This document shows positions 15,335-30,721 of a stretch of 64,000 bases of DNA, in pieces. The number at the start of each line of letters is the position of its first letter. The stretch's first letter is position 1. This DNA is from Eledone cirrhosa (taxonomy: Eukaryota): contig OZ024741.1 in the NCBI GenBank assembly GCA_964016885.1, positions 349,804,001 through 349,868,000 on the forward strand, given 5' to 3'. Made by a program: the position numbers and the translations under genes. The notes under the pieces are model-generated. The model made no database searches, was not told where the DNA came from, and was given only the letters and a program-made list of their open reading frames with translations.

Positions 15335-15452
15335 GCCAATCATTGAAACTTTGAATCTAACTGATATGCAAAAACATATATATATAGGAAGAAGGTAAGC
15401 CCAAATCATGGTAGATTCAAATATCACGGAGAGAAAGAGAGAGAGAGAGAGC

Positions 15453-15505
<53 letters not shown>

Positions 15506-16922
15506 CGAGCGGGATAGAGAGAAATAGAGAGAGAGAGAGAGAGAGAGAGAAATGAGATGCAACAGAAATGAAACATGGATTACAAGTTAAAATATAGTCT
15601 AGATAGATGCGAAACAAAACGAGGATGTAGTTTATGGAACACCCAAATGATTTAGAAATCGACCTTAAGTAAGAGCAATAACATTAAGAAAGACATGAAG
15701 GACACCACAACACTTTGTTTAAAAAATTTTGAAAGTAGGTTTATAAGTATGAATTTTCATTACATTTTCGTAGTTGTCTCTGTGGCCTAGCGGTAGGTAC
15801 TTGAGACGGTGGAGAACCTGGGCTTGGGTTCAATCATGGTCAAGAGGTACATGTAAACTTTTTCAGTTTTTATTTTACAACCAATGGAAAAAAAACTGAA
15901 ACGGTATACCGGGAACCGTACACCCGCCCAGAATCGAACTCCAGACCAGGATCACCACCAACTCTGATTCCTCCAGCTAGGCCACCGAAACAACTACAAA
16001 AGTATAATGAAAATTGATAATTATAAACCTAAAAAATCAAAGTTAAAAAGAAGTGGTGCCTTTCATGGCTTTCCTACAGCTATTAGTAATATTTAGGGTC
16101 GACTTCTAGTCATTATTGAAAGTCTCTGGATTTCACAAAATACATAATATTTTTTTATTGGAGAAGGTAAGATATTTTTCCGCAAAAATTTGATTGCACT
16201 GTTTTGTTTCCACTTATGTATTTTTCGAAAATGTTATTTACTCATTATACAAATTAAATGATAGCATTCTATATGTAGGTAGGCTCCCTTCATCTCCTGG
16301 CAACCAATATTTTTAGACCCAGTCCGCCACTGTATATATATATATATATATAGTGAAAAATGGAACGGGAACAAAACAGAGAGGCAGTACGAACAAAGGT
16401 TTATTAGTTTCACGCTCTTGAGAGCGGGGATATATATATATATATATATACATCTAATTTATAATGAGACAAAATACGAGTAAACTGATCATCTGCTACC
16501 CGATCGAAACCCTTGTCGATTTTCGATAGTAAGTGTGGTTACAAAAATTCCAGAACTCTATTGCAGTGATTAGAGCAATATAAGCAAGCCACTTTATGAA
16601 AAATGGTCGAGACATGAGACAAAACGATATCAAATAATTTATGTGGCTTTTTAATAAAGTTACCATACAATCATGTATAATTGCTAGATTATATAAGATA
16701 CAAGAAGGATGAAAACAATTACACGTGCCTCGAGATAAATGCAGAGACTCGCAGGCAAACATAAAGTAAGATAATCAAAGACCCAACAGTCGTTAGACTA
16801 TGATGGTACAAGTAAACGACAAAGAAGGGTAAACGGTATTGTTAGATTCACTCTTGGGAATGAAGATAAAGAAAAAGGAAACAGGAAGTAAATATATATA
16901 TGTATGTATATTATCATAATAG

Positions 16923-16966
16923 TACCACTGATGATATCACAGGTGTGTGACGAAAGAATTTTGATA
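16923..16966 (+). ncRNA. Hammerhead-like motif; related copy at 1199-1242 (-), partial near 143-165
   Basis: UACCA-CUGAUGA-U.AUCACA/UGUGAC-GAAA-GAAU-UU-UGAUA; other copies supply UGGUA for stem I. Confidence 0.62.
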
Positions 16967-17865
16967 GACTATATATATATTTTTTTTTTTTAACCGTTGG
17001 TCAATCAATGATAGACATTGATTGTCAGATAAATTATATATACATATATATATATATCAGAATGGAGGCGGCAAAAATCAGTTAGACCATTACTCCCCAG
17101 AGTACTCGATACTTGGGGTAGTATAGTGGGTCGGATCTAGCTGTTGAAACGGCGGGAGCTCAGCCGTCGGGGTCCCGAATTTTTCATATATATAGAGAGA
17201 TATAGATATGTATGTATGTGTGCACGTGTATGTGACGTTATGTCGAGTCACTCTTGAGTGCTACTGGTAACATGTAATCCAGTACAACCTGTCACATGGT
17301 CGGGTTGTCGGCGACTAAACCAGCAACCCCACCAAGTTTACTTGGTGAGGAAGGTGATTTTGGACACCCTGCAGGACAAAAAACTAAACCTGACAAAGGG
17401 CGGAAGAACTCATAAGAGTCAACGGCCATCCAAAAATGTGTAAATATGTATATACACATGTACATATGTATGTATATGTATATATGAATATACATGTGTG
17501 CATGTGTATGAATATGCGAGGGGACATAGGAATAGTCAGGCTGGATACCCGATCGCGTGGTTAAACCACTGGGAGAGAACCCCTAGCCCTTGTCAGGGCA
17601 TTCTTCTAGGAGAAGGCAACTCAGGAAACTGGGATAACTTCGATATAAAACCTTCGGCTCAGTAGTTACCGATGATGTTGATCTTTTCTTCTTTTCGGGT
17701 TATAGCTACTGTCGCTCAGAGAGTCGGATTGCCTCAGTGCACAGTCTTTCCTCACTTTCAAAAATATCTTCACGCACAGGCATTGCACGATAGAATTAAT
17801 TAATAATTATTAATAATGGTATACCGTGCAATGGCCACACTCGATAGCGAGGGGATAGCCATCAC

Positions 17866-17912
<47 letters not shown>

Positions 17913-18152
17913 CAGTTAGAAAAGTAAACAACACCACCCCGTTCTCACCAAGCGTGAAGATAATAACACCATGTATACCATGTATACCACTTACTCCTGT
18001 ATATATATATATATACACACATATATATATATATTTATTTATTTAAATAACAGATTATATTTGATATATATTTATCCTTATCGAGCCCTCTTTGGATTTT
18101 AGTCTTCAAATTTATTATTATTACAATATATATATATATCTATATATATATA

Positions 18153-18229
<77 letters not shown>

Positions 18230-18566
18230 CTGTGTGCCAACAAAAGAATTAGAAGTTACGATCACTTCATCATCATTTTCTCAAGAAAACAAAATGAAGG
18301 ACAAGAAAAGACAAAACAAAATCATACAAGGAAGGGAACTTTCTTTTAAAAAAGCTAGAAATACAATTAAAGGAATTGACTTTTAACATTTACTAAATAT
18401 AAATAAGATAATCAAATTAGGGGCTCGAAGGCGCCACTAGCCAATTTTGATCGATCTTTTTCTATTTATAGTTACTTAGTTACTTATAGAGTCTCACACA
18501 CACAGCCATATATACATACGCACAAACACATAAACATACACACAAACAATTATATATATGTATGTG

Positions 18567-18665
<99 letters not shown>

Positions 18666-19039
18666 GTGTGTGTGTGAGTGTGTGTGTGAGTGTGTGTGAG
18701 TGTGTGTGTGAGTGTGTGTGTGTGTGTGTGTGTGTAAAGAGATGGAGAGAGAGAGAGTGGAGAGAGGAAGAGAGAGAAATATTGTCTTGTATATTTGCCA
18801 CCATAGGCGAAACTCTAGTACAAGTCAGCTGGGATATAATATATCTATAATGTATGTATATTTGCTCTGTGTTTGCGTCTCTCTCTATATATGTCTATAC
18901 ATATATATGCGCGTGTGCTCGCACCGTTTGTGTGCTTGAAAGTAAACGTAGAATCTAAATATTGATTTTTATGGTTTGCCTTGAATCAAATATAATTGAA
19001 TATTTCTTTCTTATCTTTAAAACGAATATAGATGTAAAT

Positions 19040-19385
19040 ATGTATGTATGGTCCCCCGTAACTCCTGAGAGAGTCATAGGGGCGCCGTATTGACATACAT
19101 TTTCATCCTTCTTGGACATTTTAAGCCTGGCGGAGTCCATCCCTCTCCAGGGCTGAGTACAGCAGCTTTCTGCCAGAGAAAGATAGAAAGTGAGAGAGAG
19201 GAAATGAGAAAGAGATATACAGGAAAAATCGACCCCAGTACAAGACTGGTACTTTTTGTATCGACATCGAAAAGATGAAAGACAAAGTTGACCTCGGCGG
19301 GATTTGAACTCAGACAGCAGAGAGCCGGAACGAATACTGCAAAGTATTTTATCCCACATTCTAGCGACTCTGCCAATTCGCCACC
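19040..19385 (-). mobile_element. SINE with the same head/core but a different LINE-like 3' tail ending in (CATA)n; second copy 8925-9256
   Basis: Core gcctttcatc...gtcgat joined to a tail shared by both copies. Confidence 0.75.
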
Positions 19386-19808
19386 TTCAAATATAAATAT
19401 ATAACAACTAAAATATAAGGATCTATGTTTGTGATGTACCTCCGTCAGTTCCGACGATGAGTGTTGCAGTTATTCGACCAGAGTTCGTGAAATTAACATG
19501 CACGCAGTTGGACATTCCACAGACCCATGTAACACTTAGCGTAATTCGCGGGTAAAATCAACATGACACAGCTAGTTAGAAAGCTGACCCTTAAAGCTGG
19601 AGATATAGTGTTTTGCTCAAGGACACAATTCGCAGTCGGAAATCGAACAAATGACCTTACAGTCGTGAACCAAACATCCTAACCACTATACCTCACGCCT
19701 TTAATAGCATTATATATACATGTAAATCATACTCCCCCATCGAAACCTGTATCCCCTGTGTAATCTTAGGCCGATATAAATTTCGGCAGTTCTCTCTGCC
19801 TCCGATGC

Positions 19809-19876
<68 letters not shown>

Positions 19877-20040
19877 TCCGTCTCTCCACGTCCTTCTGTT
19901 TCCGATTCTCTCTGTTTATCTCGCTTTCTGTCTCTCTTAATTCTGTCTCAACCTCTGTGTGTTCTGCACTGTCTCTAACCCCACATCCTCTTCTATATCC
20001 CATCTTTCTTTCTCCGCCTCTCTGATTCTGTTTCTGTCAC

Positions 20041-20148
<108 letters not shown>

Positions 20149-20579
20149 TCTCTCTCTTACTCTTTTGATATGAAAGGTTCCTACTCTAACATCAAATTTT
20201 CAATCTCTTTATCACATCCAAGTTGTTACTGCTGCTTTATCCCAGATGGGCCCTGACTGAGAAATACAATGACCAGAAGGAAGTATTTTAGTCATGGCCT
20301 TCTAGCAGTTAGTGAAACAGCGTAGAGGCTTTCTTGTAGGGTCCTCACAATGGTGAGTATTAGGAGTGTCGCTGCCGGTAGTGGCGATAAAGTTGCTGAT
20401 TTATAGAATGTATTTAATATACATAATCTCACAATGTCATGAAAGGACATTGACACAATACACTACTAAAGGGAACAAAAAGGGACGGCAAAATTAAAAA
20501 ATGAAGAAAAAGAAAGAAGGATCAAGAGGCGAAAGAAAGGGAAAAGGGGAGGGAGAGTCACTTACTCCAGTCTGGGCGG

Positions 20580-20855
20580 TACCACAGTCACATCTCGCGG
20601 ACAAAACAGCAAAAGCGTTACCAAAGACAATGGCCAGAGGCCAGAGACACCCCGCTGCGGGCGACTGTTTTTCCGACTTCATGGAGGAAATCAGTAGTGC
20701 GGGGACTAATGACGCCAGAGGTCTCGATAGAGACAGGTACAAAGATGAAGGGCTCGGTCAGGCACCGGTATTTGACTATCTTCTTCTCCTCCACATTGCA
20801 GGTAGCGGAGCCTGGATTTGTGGCCGAAGCGACAAGGTTGGAAGTGAATAACGCT
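20580..20855 (-). mobile_element. Divergent CRE-like REL endonuclease fragment
   Basis: Manual translation EEKKIVKYRCLTEPFIFVPVSIETSGVIS...LAIVFGNAFAVL parallels the K..KY...P.A.ETSG...RGN pattern. Confidence 0.6.
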
Positions 20856-21773
20856 GGTATATGGTGTAGTAAATCGTAGCGGCAGTATCGGTAGAGAGTC
20901 GGACACCATGCTTTGCAGCATAGAGTTACGGCCCTTTATGATCTGAGTTCAAATCCCACCGAAGTTAACTTTGCCTTTCATCCTTACGGGGTCGATAAAA
21001 TAAAGTACCAGTCACGCACTAAGATCGATTTATTCGACTTTCCCCTCTCCCAAAATTGCTGGCCTTGTGCCTATATAAGAAACCATTGTTGTGTTGTTTA
21101 ACAGTGTTTAACGCTGATTGTGTAGACCTATGATCAAAGACTTTCCATATCTATCCACGCTGTCGTTTCTAGGTGCATGGAAACCAGATCAACATTATCC
21201 AATGTATCATTTTTAGAGAACAAAGTGTGTTTGCGGGAATTAGGCTGCTATTTCTAGCTGGCAGATTGACTGACTACTATTGGCTCTGGCAGCTCATGAT
21301 GATGGGGGTGATGGTAGCAGGTTGTTGTGATTGTGCCGCTGGTTGTATGTTGGAGCAATGGTTGTGATGGGAATTTATGGTGGTAACTTAGAAGTGATGG
21401 GGGACGGGGTAGATGGTGTTGGTAGCGATGATGGTACGATTAAGTTGTATTTTAGAGTAAGAAAATTGTTTATGAAAGAACATCAGCCCTGCTACTTCCT
21501 TGGTGGCCCAGGGTATGTGTATTAATGTATATGAAGTGGAGTAAACACTGACAACACACGCACTCGAACAGAGGGAAAGAGAGAGTGTGTGAGAGAGAGA
21601 GAGACAGACAGACAGACATACAGACAGGCAGGCAGACAGAGTCAGTGATACAAGGAGATGGACAGAATGAGAGCAACAGACAAACAGAGGGAGAGAGACA
21701 GACGATAGGGGCAAACATGCAGACAGAGAGAAAGGCAGACAAACAAAGATAAAAACAGGCAGAGAGAGAGAGA

Positions 21774-21837
<64 letters not shown>

Positions 21838-22053
21838 AACAAATAGAGGGAGAGAGGGGTGGAGGCAGAAAAAGAAAGTGACAGAGAGAGAAAAAAAAAC
21901 AAAGAGAGAGGGGTGGAAGAGAAAAAGATAAGTACATAAATAGAGAAAGGGAGAAAGAGTGAGGTAGAGGTGGGAGAGAGAAAGGTAGGCACACATATAG
22001 AGAAAGAAAGAAAGCGAGAGAGTGAGTGAGAGAGAGAGAGAGAGAGAGAGAGT

Positions 22054-22122
<69 letters not shown>

Positions 22123-22379
22123 ATCAGGTCAAGGAATGGAAAACTAAATAAAAATAGCGGGAAAAATTATAAAATGGAGGTTAGAGTTGAAGCTTGCTTC
22201 CGGAATGAAGAAACAAATTACCGATTTTCCTTTCATACAGTCCAGTCTGAGAGCAGTTTAAAGAAAGGAACAAAATATCTTAACCTTTTACCTTTTATTA
22301 TTCTATCTTTTGCTTTTATTTCCAGTCTATTTTTTTCGACGCGTACTTTTCTTCAATAGATCATCAATTTGCACTTTCG

Positions 22380-22427
<48 letters not shown>

Positions 22428-23035
22428 TATATATTTGTATGTATGTATGATTTGTATGTATGCAATGATTCTCCATTTTAAAGATACTTTGAAAAGTCAT
22501 CTTTTCCTCAACTCTACAAGCTAGAAGTTTGAATATTTAATACTGCTCGTGTCATTAACAATCTCGGAATATTAATCTATCAATTCTAGTTATAGAATTG
22601 CATAGTTTAGTTAACGAGGCGATAGAAAAAACGTTTTCTATAGCTCGGATGCTCACAATTATTCACTCAATAAGAAATAGCTTGAACGTATATGTAAGTC
22701 AACCATTCCCAGAGTGCTAATAAAATATATATTTGTAATGGGGCGGTTGCACGTAGTTTTGTCCCGGACATAACGGGTTTCTGCAAGTTCAGAGTGCACC
22801 AACATATGCAATCGCAATCTGCTAGTTACAGTAGCAGCATAAGTGTAGATATGCCTGCCAAATTTCTGCAGTGCTTCGTCAGCGGATGTTGTTAAAATGC
22901 AAGAGACTCGAGGTAAACCAACCACCTGGAAATTTGCAATATACTGAAGTGAAAACCAAAATGTGCCTGTATTTTTATCTGTTTCAACACACGTTTTCTG
23001 AAAAGAAATCTTGCAAAACAAAGACAAAAACGAAC

Positions 23036-23082
<47 letters not shown>

Positions 23083-23192
23083 TAGCTGGCTCGTCCGGCT
23101 AGCGCCCAGCTATGTATACCTGCCCCCACCACTCCAGTGCAAAGATACCACACACCCTCCCGTGTCACATTGTCCTTCCGACTCTCTCTCTC

Positions 23193-23244
<52 letters not shown>

Positions 23245-23349
23245 GAAGGGAGATACGGAAGCTAAAACAGTGTTGTCATATAGAGAGTGAAGAGCGACAG
23301 AGAGAGTAAAGCAGTTTAATTATATAGAAGGGGAATGATCTTACGTACA

Positions 23350-23381
<32 letters not shown>

Positions 23382-24295
23382 ACGTATAGATATGTGTGTT
23401 TGTGTGTTTGTGTATGTGTGTTTGTGTATGTGTGCATGTGCATGTGTGTGTCTGTGTGTTTTGTTTTGATGTTATCCGGCAATTGGCGAAATCAGGTGTG
23501 AAAGTGAAATAGAACTTAGAAGGCCAAAGCTAAACAGAAAAAAATGAATGGAATAACAACAACACCCAAACAAACAATACTGACATAAGTACGAACATTT
23601 ATAAAAGGTTAGCTTATATTCTCTATCTCCCCCGCTCTCTTCCTCTCTCTCCTTCTCTCTTTCATTGTCACCCTCTCTCTCTTCCATTGTCACTCTCTCT
23701 CTCCCTCTTTCTCTCTCTTTTTCACTGTCACACTCTCTCTCCCTTTATCTATGTTTCCGTCTCAGTTTCCCTTTCTCTGCTATTCTTCTGTCTTTCCGTA
23801 TTTCTATATGAATGTGAAAAAATAGGCAGTTGCTGGGCTTCGAGAGATGGAGAGAAAAGGTAAATGTGATAAAATAAGGTAAAATATGAGAGGAAAATAT
23901 AAACAACGGTGGATTAGATCCATAAATACGCGAAAACTTAAATTGTGTGGGGAGAGAAAGATAGATATAGCTTGCTGTCATAAACCCAAATCTGCCGAGA
24001 CAAAAAGTCAACTGAGTTGAAAGAGGAATATAAAGAAAAAGGGAAGAGGCACAAAGAGAGAAAAGGCAGGGAGAAAAAAAGGGGAAAAAAGTAGCTTTGC
24101 AACAGAGGATGCTATAGAGATATCGTTGCATAGAGAATGTGAAAATATTGTGTTTGATATCGAAGATTGGCAGGTGCAGACGTCTGTAAATGACGCGAAG
24201 ACATGAGGGTAGGTTTCGATTGTGAGAAACAAAGAGAGAACTACATGTAGAAAGGAAGTGGAAATTATGTAAGTGATTGATTCAGCGAGAATAGT

Positions 24296-24355
<60 letters not shown>

Positions 24356-24739
24356 GAGAATGAGAGAATAAAGGTGTCAGAGCGTAAGAGAAAGAAAGTG
24401 AAGAATCGACTTTTCACATATACAACAGGTAATTGAAATTCAAATTAAAGTGAATGTATCTTCTTAGACTTTACATGCAGTAGTAGTGAGACAATATGAA
24501 CAAAAAAAAAAGAAAAGGAAAGAAACGCCGCCACCATAAATGGGTCAGTTCGCCTCGTAGTCCTGGTCGACAGGATGGTGAAGACATTACCCCAGAGAGA
24601 CACGCTAGAACAGCTACTCTACCTCATGGAGTTCGCACTTGCAAGTAGCCAACTCTAAAAGCAGTGAGTAGGGATGTGGCCAAGATCACCTGAAATCTTC
24701 ACTGCCACAGGCTCAATTACGAACCTGCTTCTCCTCCTC

Positions 24740-25641
24740 TTTCTTCTTCTTCTTCTTCTTCTTCTTCTTCTTCTTCTTCTTCTTCTTCTTCTTCTTCTTC
24801 TTCTTCTTTGCCCACTTATACCTAAGAGGGTCGTGGGAGCAAAGCCCTTAAATACTCCTTCCAACTGACCTGACTGAGCCCCAATGTGAGAACAGCCAAG
24901 CTCATGGATGTTATCCAACCAACTTTCTCGGGGTCTACTCCTGAATATCCTAACGGTTGGTTTTTCTCACAAAATCTATCCAACGATTCTTTCCTGAAGC
25001 ATTCTAACCAGATGCCCATAGTACCAGAGCTGTTATATCTAAATTAGGAGAAGTAGCAGCTCTACCTGATCTCCGAGCTACGCACTCTATCGAGTAACGT
25101 TACTCCAAAACCCCTTTGGAAGAACCCCATTTCGGCCGCTTGCATTCGCGATCGTATTCTTTTGGTCATTACCCAAGATTCATGACCATAGGTAAAGGCT
25201 GGCAGGAATACCGAATTGAAGATAGCGAGTTTCGTTTTTACACCTACCTCCCTTCTTCTGATTACCGAATGCTAAAGCTGGCGCATTACTGCACCAGCTC
25301 TTGCAATTCTTGCCCTAAATTCAGCCTTCTGCCTTCCATCACTCGTGAATACGACCCCGAGATACTTGAACTTCTCTATCTGCTTCTTTATCTGCTTCGG
25401 TGGAACTTCATTTATGTGCAGGTTTCCTTGAGAGAACAAGTGTCTCAGTTTTCGAAGCACTTATTTTCATTCCAGCCATGCAGCATTCGGCATCAAATCT
25501 ATCAAGTGCAAGTCGGAGATCACCTTCTCTCGAGTTAAGTAATACCATGTCGTCTGCAAATTCTAATCGGCCGATTCTACATTTGCCAGTTGTGATATCA
25601 CTTCCATCCCGGCTGTACATGTCAATCACAAACCTTAACAC
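24740..25641 (-). mobile_element. RTE-clade LINE 3' part with (GAA)n tail, frameshifted
   Basis: LEFADDMVLL, GMKISASKTE, FKYLG...ARIARA; 3' end runs into (GAA)n at 24740-24805. Confidence 0.85.
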
Positions 25642-26034
25642 TTAAAGAAATAAATGCTTGGAGATGAATTTGGAAAAAATATATATATTGCAAATCGACA
25701 ACGTAATAAAAAGAAACAGAAGCAACGCTCGATTTAAAAATAAATAAATATAATTGATAGTAGACAAAATTAAACACGAGAAGAAAATGGAGCATGACTT
25801 AAAGCAAAAAGGTCAAGAATAGCTGAAAGAAGGCGTAAATACTGGTACTGCGGGTCGTACGTTAATATTGAAATAAATAATATATTGTTCACCCTTCTGC
25901 TTCTTCTTATAGAATAAATGTCACATCTAAATATATTTGCTTCTTCCGCACTTTCTTTCTTTCTTTCATTCAACTTTTTTTATTTTCTCTGTTCTTGTTT
26001 GTAATTATATCTTATTTTTTATATTCGCTATTAT

Positions 26035-26080
<46 letters not shown>

Positions 26081-26110
26081 CCACTGTTGTTATTATTATT
26101 ATTATTATTA

Positions 26111-27703
26111 TTGTTCTTTGAGTCTCAGTCATTGATGTTAGTTAACTGGAAAGTTTGTTGAAATGAATATCAAGCCACTACCTGCAGCCTCAGATATTCA
26201 GGACGTATCGGAGGGTTCTTGCTGTTCCCAGCAAGCATGCCTTTTGAAGCGTTCCAAAAATCGTGGCGGGGCCAATTTTCTTTAACCATCCCTGGAAACT
26301 TTTTGAGATAGGACCACTTTGACTTCATGGGAGTTCCAAATCCTTTTTACCTCCCAGTTTAAGTCCTGGTATCGGTTAATTTTCTCCCTCTCCTTCTCTT
26401 TCACTCTCGTGTCGAATGGGCAGGCCACATCCACAATCAGGCACGATCTTTTTTCCTTGTCCAAAACCACCAGGTCAGGTCTATTGTGTTCCAGTTTCTT
26501 GTCCGTCTGTATCCTAAAATCCCACAGCACCTTCACCTGATCGTCTTCTATCACCGACTCTGGCTTATGCTCATACCACTTCTCAGAATGTGGTAAATTG
26601 TTTACTTTGCATAGGTGCCAGTGGATCACCCTGCCCATCACATCATGTTTCCAGCCCTTATAGTGAGTCTGGGCTAGGTGTTTACACTCGGATACAATGT
26701 AAGCCACAGTCTCCTCTCTCTCTCCACAGATCCTACACAGTGGGCTAGCCTCCTCCTTGTAAATATGGTGTTTCAACCACTTCGTTTTGAGGGCCTGCTC
26801 TTGCGCAGCCATTAGCATTCCTTCTGTAGCCTTTTTAAGGTCTCCTCTTTTCAACCAGTTCCATGTCTGTGGATCTCTGAATTCAGTTTTCTCAAAGAAG
26901 GTACTATGAAGGGATTTTTCATGAAGGCTGCTCTTTTTCCTTGTTGTTATTTCCTCCTTGGACATCCCCTGGTCTATTGTCCTCTCCTTCAGTACAATTC
27001 TGAGCATTGGCTCCTTACTATCAGTCACATATTTGTGTAGGTTGTTTTTCTCCATCTGAACACAGTCCTCTATGCTGATAAGACCTCTTCCACCTTCAGA
27101 TCTCCTTAAGTAGAGTCTATCGACATCACTCCACTTGTGGAACATGTTGTAGATAGTCAATAGCTTCCTAGTCTTCCTATCCATTTCTTTTTGTTCAGTA
27201 ACATTCCATCTCAGAATTCCCGCACTGTACCTAATAATAGACACAGCTCGGGAATTTACTGCACTTATGGCATTCCTACTGTTCAGATGTGACTTTAATA
27301 CGCTCCTTACTCTCCGAATGTATTCATATCTTATTAATTCCTTCATTTTTTTGTTCTTGATGTCATCAGTCTCCAGAACACCCAAATACTTGTATCCTTC
27401 TTCAGTGTCAATTTCCTTTATTATCTCACCTGTTGGTACCTGGATTCCGTTGCTTCTGCTCAATTTACCTCTATTCATCACAAGGACTCCACACTTACTA
27501 ATACCAAATTGCATACATATATCATTGCTGAAAATACGGACAGTGTCAACAAGCACATCCAACTCCTTCTCACTCTTCCCGAAGAGCTTAAGATCGTCCA
27601 TGAAGAGGAGGTGGTTGATGGTAAGCTCTCCCTTTCCCAACTTGTATCCTGCTCTCACTTTTCGAGGTATAATGGTCAGGGGCATCAGGGCAAGGACAAA
27701 CAA
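26111..27703 (-). mobile_element. 5'-truncated R4/Dong-like non-LTR retrotransposon (RT C-half, CCHC finger, REL endonuclease) in a (TAA)n tract
   Basis: ORF 26282-27703: HLLFMDDLKL, YKYLG, GGRGL, CRIC...SEC, RPDLVV...IVDVACP...EKINRY. TAA repeats on both sides. A 25-nt deletion at 26310/26311 relative to the 45349 copy frameshifts the C-terminus. Confidence 0.9.
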
Positions 27704-27704
27704 C

Positions 27705-27858
<154 letters not shown>

Positions 27859-28848
27859 GGCTTTTTATTTGTGCAGACGTAATAGTGTATGCTCCCGTAA
27901 GTTTATTGTTTTTACATAAAATTGTTGAGTTTTTTTTTAATCTTTTGTTACAAAGAGTATATATGGCATCAGTCTTTGTCCTCAAGAAGGGAGACCCAAT
28001 AACATTTAGACTTTAGGCCCAAATATTTGAACTTTACAATTTCAATTTAGGCCTACAAAATATTTTTAATTGAGGTAACACCCCACCACATCCAGAGCAA
28101 CAAAAAAATCATGTCACGTGACAGCACCTCGGAATTGAGCCCAAATGTTGACAATAGTGTCACCACTACCAACAAGGCTACCTTCACCGACAACAACAAC
28201 AACAGAAGCAACAGCAACAACAACAGCAAAAATGGAAACAATAACAACAACAGCGACAACGACAATAAAAACAGTAACAGTAGCAGTAACAGTAACAGCA
28301 ACGAAAACAGCAACAACAGCCACAACAACAACACCGACAGCAACAACAACAACAATACCAACAGTAGCAGTAACAACGACAGCAGCAGTAAAAATTACAA
28401 CAATAACAATATAAACAAAAGCTGGTATGAATTTTTTTTCTCTCTCTCGTCTACGATTTCACAGAACTTATGTTTACCGAATTCGCAGACCAGACCCCTT
28501 CTTCCTCCCATTAGACCTGTGCGAAATTCCTTCCTTGCTCACATTTCAACCAGGTTTGATGGTCTTTATTCTCTCGTTCACGATTCCACCGAATTTATAT
28601 TCATAGAAATCTGGGACTTGTTTCCTTCTTCCTCTCTTTCTGCTGCTTAAACCATTTTGTTTGTTTACCATAGCGTCCCCTTTATTTACGTGTCCCAACG
28701 ACTTTTTTTTAGCCGTTGCTCGCACCAACCTGAGGTATATGGCCTTTAATGCGACGAAATGCCTACGACGGTTGGATGGCCACTGATGAGGACAAACTTT
28801 TTCATATGTAACCCATTTGCAGCGCCGCAGCTCCATTATTATTATATT

Positions 28849-28901
<53 letters not shown>

Positions 28902-28904
<3 letters not shown>

Positions 28905-29014
28905 AACCAGTAAGACCCGGGGTCTTACTGGTTCCTATTACCCACTCTACTACCTCAAGTATTGAGTACTTTGGTGCGTTATGGTCCACCTGGTTCCTTA
29001 CCACATTTCCTTCG

Positions 29015-29015
<1 letters not shown>
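28902..29015 (+). mobile_element. Minimal family-A fold-back copy
   Basis: 17-bp arms aggaaccagtaagaccc-g-gggtcttactggttcct plus family tail, within (TA)n. Confidence 0.85.
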
Positions 29016-29086
<71 letters not shown>

Positions 29087-29216
29087 AAATATATATATAT
29101 ATATAATAAAATAAAACAAGGACGAGTGGTTACTCATTCATTACGTTTATTGGTTGGTGACGCGCGTTTCGCCACCGATCAGCTCAAGGTTCTATCTATA
29201 TGTATATATATATATG

Positions 29217-29289
<73 letters not shown>

Positions 29290-29910
29290 AAAAATTGAAC
29301 GGGAACAAAACAGACAGGCAGTACGAACAAAGGTTTATTAGTTTCACGAGAGAGAGAGCGAGATAGAGAGATATAGATATAGATATCTACACACTAGTGT
29401 ATGGTAGTTTACTGTCCTGAGTTCGTTCACCCTTTGACGGGTTTTGTTTTTCATCCCGCAGGGTGTGCAAAAGTTACCCTTCTCATCAAGCAAGCGGGGT
29501 TGCCAGTTTAGTCACTGATGACCCGACTTTCTGACAGATTTACTGGGCTATATGTTACCAGTAGTGCCCGAGATCGACCTCACATACACATACATACATA
29601 TATACATACATACATACATACACACATACATATATACATACATACACACACACATATATATATACACATACATACATACAAACATGCATACCATACATAC
29701 ATGCATACATACATACATACATACATACATACATACATACATACATACATACATACATACATACATACATACATACATACATACATACATACATACATAC
29801 GAACGTACGTACATATTCTACATACCAATTATCACTTTGACTTATCTAAGACTTATCTGAAAAGTAAAATTTGCTTTGGCCTCAACATGACCTCCAGGTG
29901 ACCTTACAAT

Positions 29911-29999
<89 letters not shown>

Positions 30000-30331
30000 A
30001 TTTATATATATGTAAATATTTATATATATTCTTTTGTTAATATTTTTGTTGTTTTTTATTTCTATTTTTGTTTTGTTAAAATTCACTTTCACAAACATTG
30101 CTTTTGTTTTTTTGTATAGTATCAACATGATGTTAATGATAATGATGATGATAATGATGATGGTGATGGTGATGATGATGATGATGATCATCATCATCAT
30201 CATCATCATCATACCCATCATCGTCGTTGTCTTCCTCATCATCTCCACCACCATCGCTTTATCATAGTAATCTTCGTGGCTAACGCATTCGTCATACTTC
30301 CACATCAACAAATTTGTTTGCACATACATAC

Positions 30332-30459
<128 letters not shown>

Positions 30460-30602
30460 TATTTTTTCTGCGGTGTGAAATATACAAGATAAGATAAGAT
30501 ACAGCATATCAACAGCATGACAGAGAGAGGCCGAGAGAGAGAAATAGTAAGAGAGAGTATGAGAGAAACAGATAGAAAGAGTGAGTGAGAGAGTGTGTGT
30601 GT

Positions 30603-30638
<36 letters not shown>

Positions 30639-30688
30639 AGAGAGAGTGTGAGATTGATAGGGTGTGAAAGTGAGAGAAAGAGAGAGCG

Positions 30689-30721
<33 letters not shown>

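Noticed and set aside
20494-20860. Candidate host exon with a minus-strand GTAAGT donor near 20560
   Set aside because: The reading frame matches a CRE-like REL endonuclease tail and is frameshifted.
28111-28650. Asn/Ser-rich 179-aa ORF
   Set aside because: Degenerate (AAC)n repeat with no domain or splice support.
28780-28810. CTGATGA matches here and at ~30937, 31450 and 34228
   Set aside because: No properly placed GAAA or closing stems, so not called as hammerheads.
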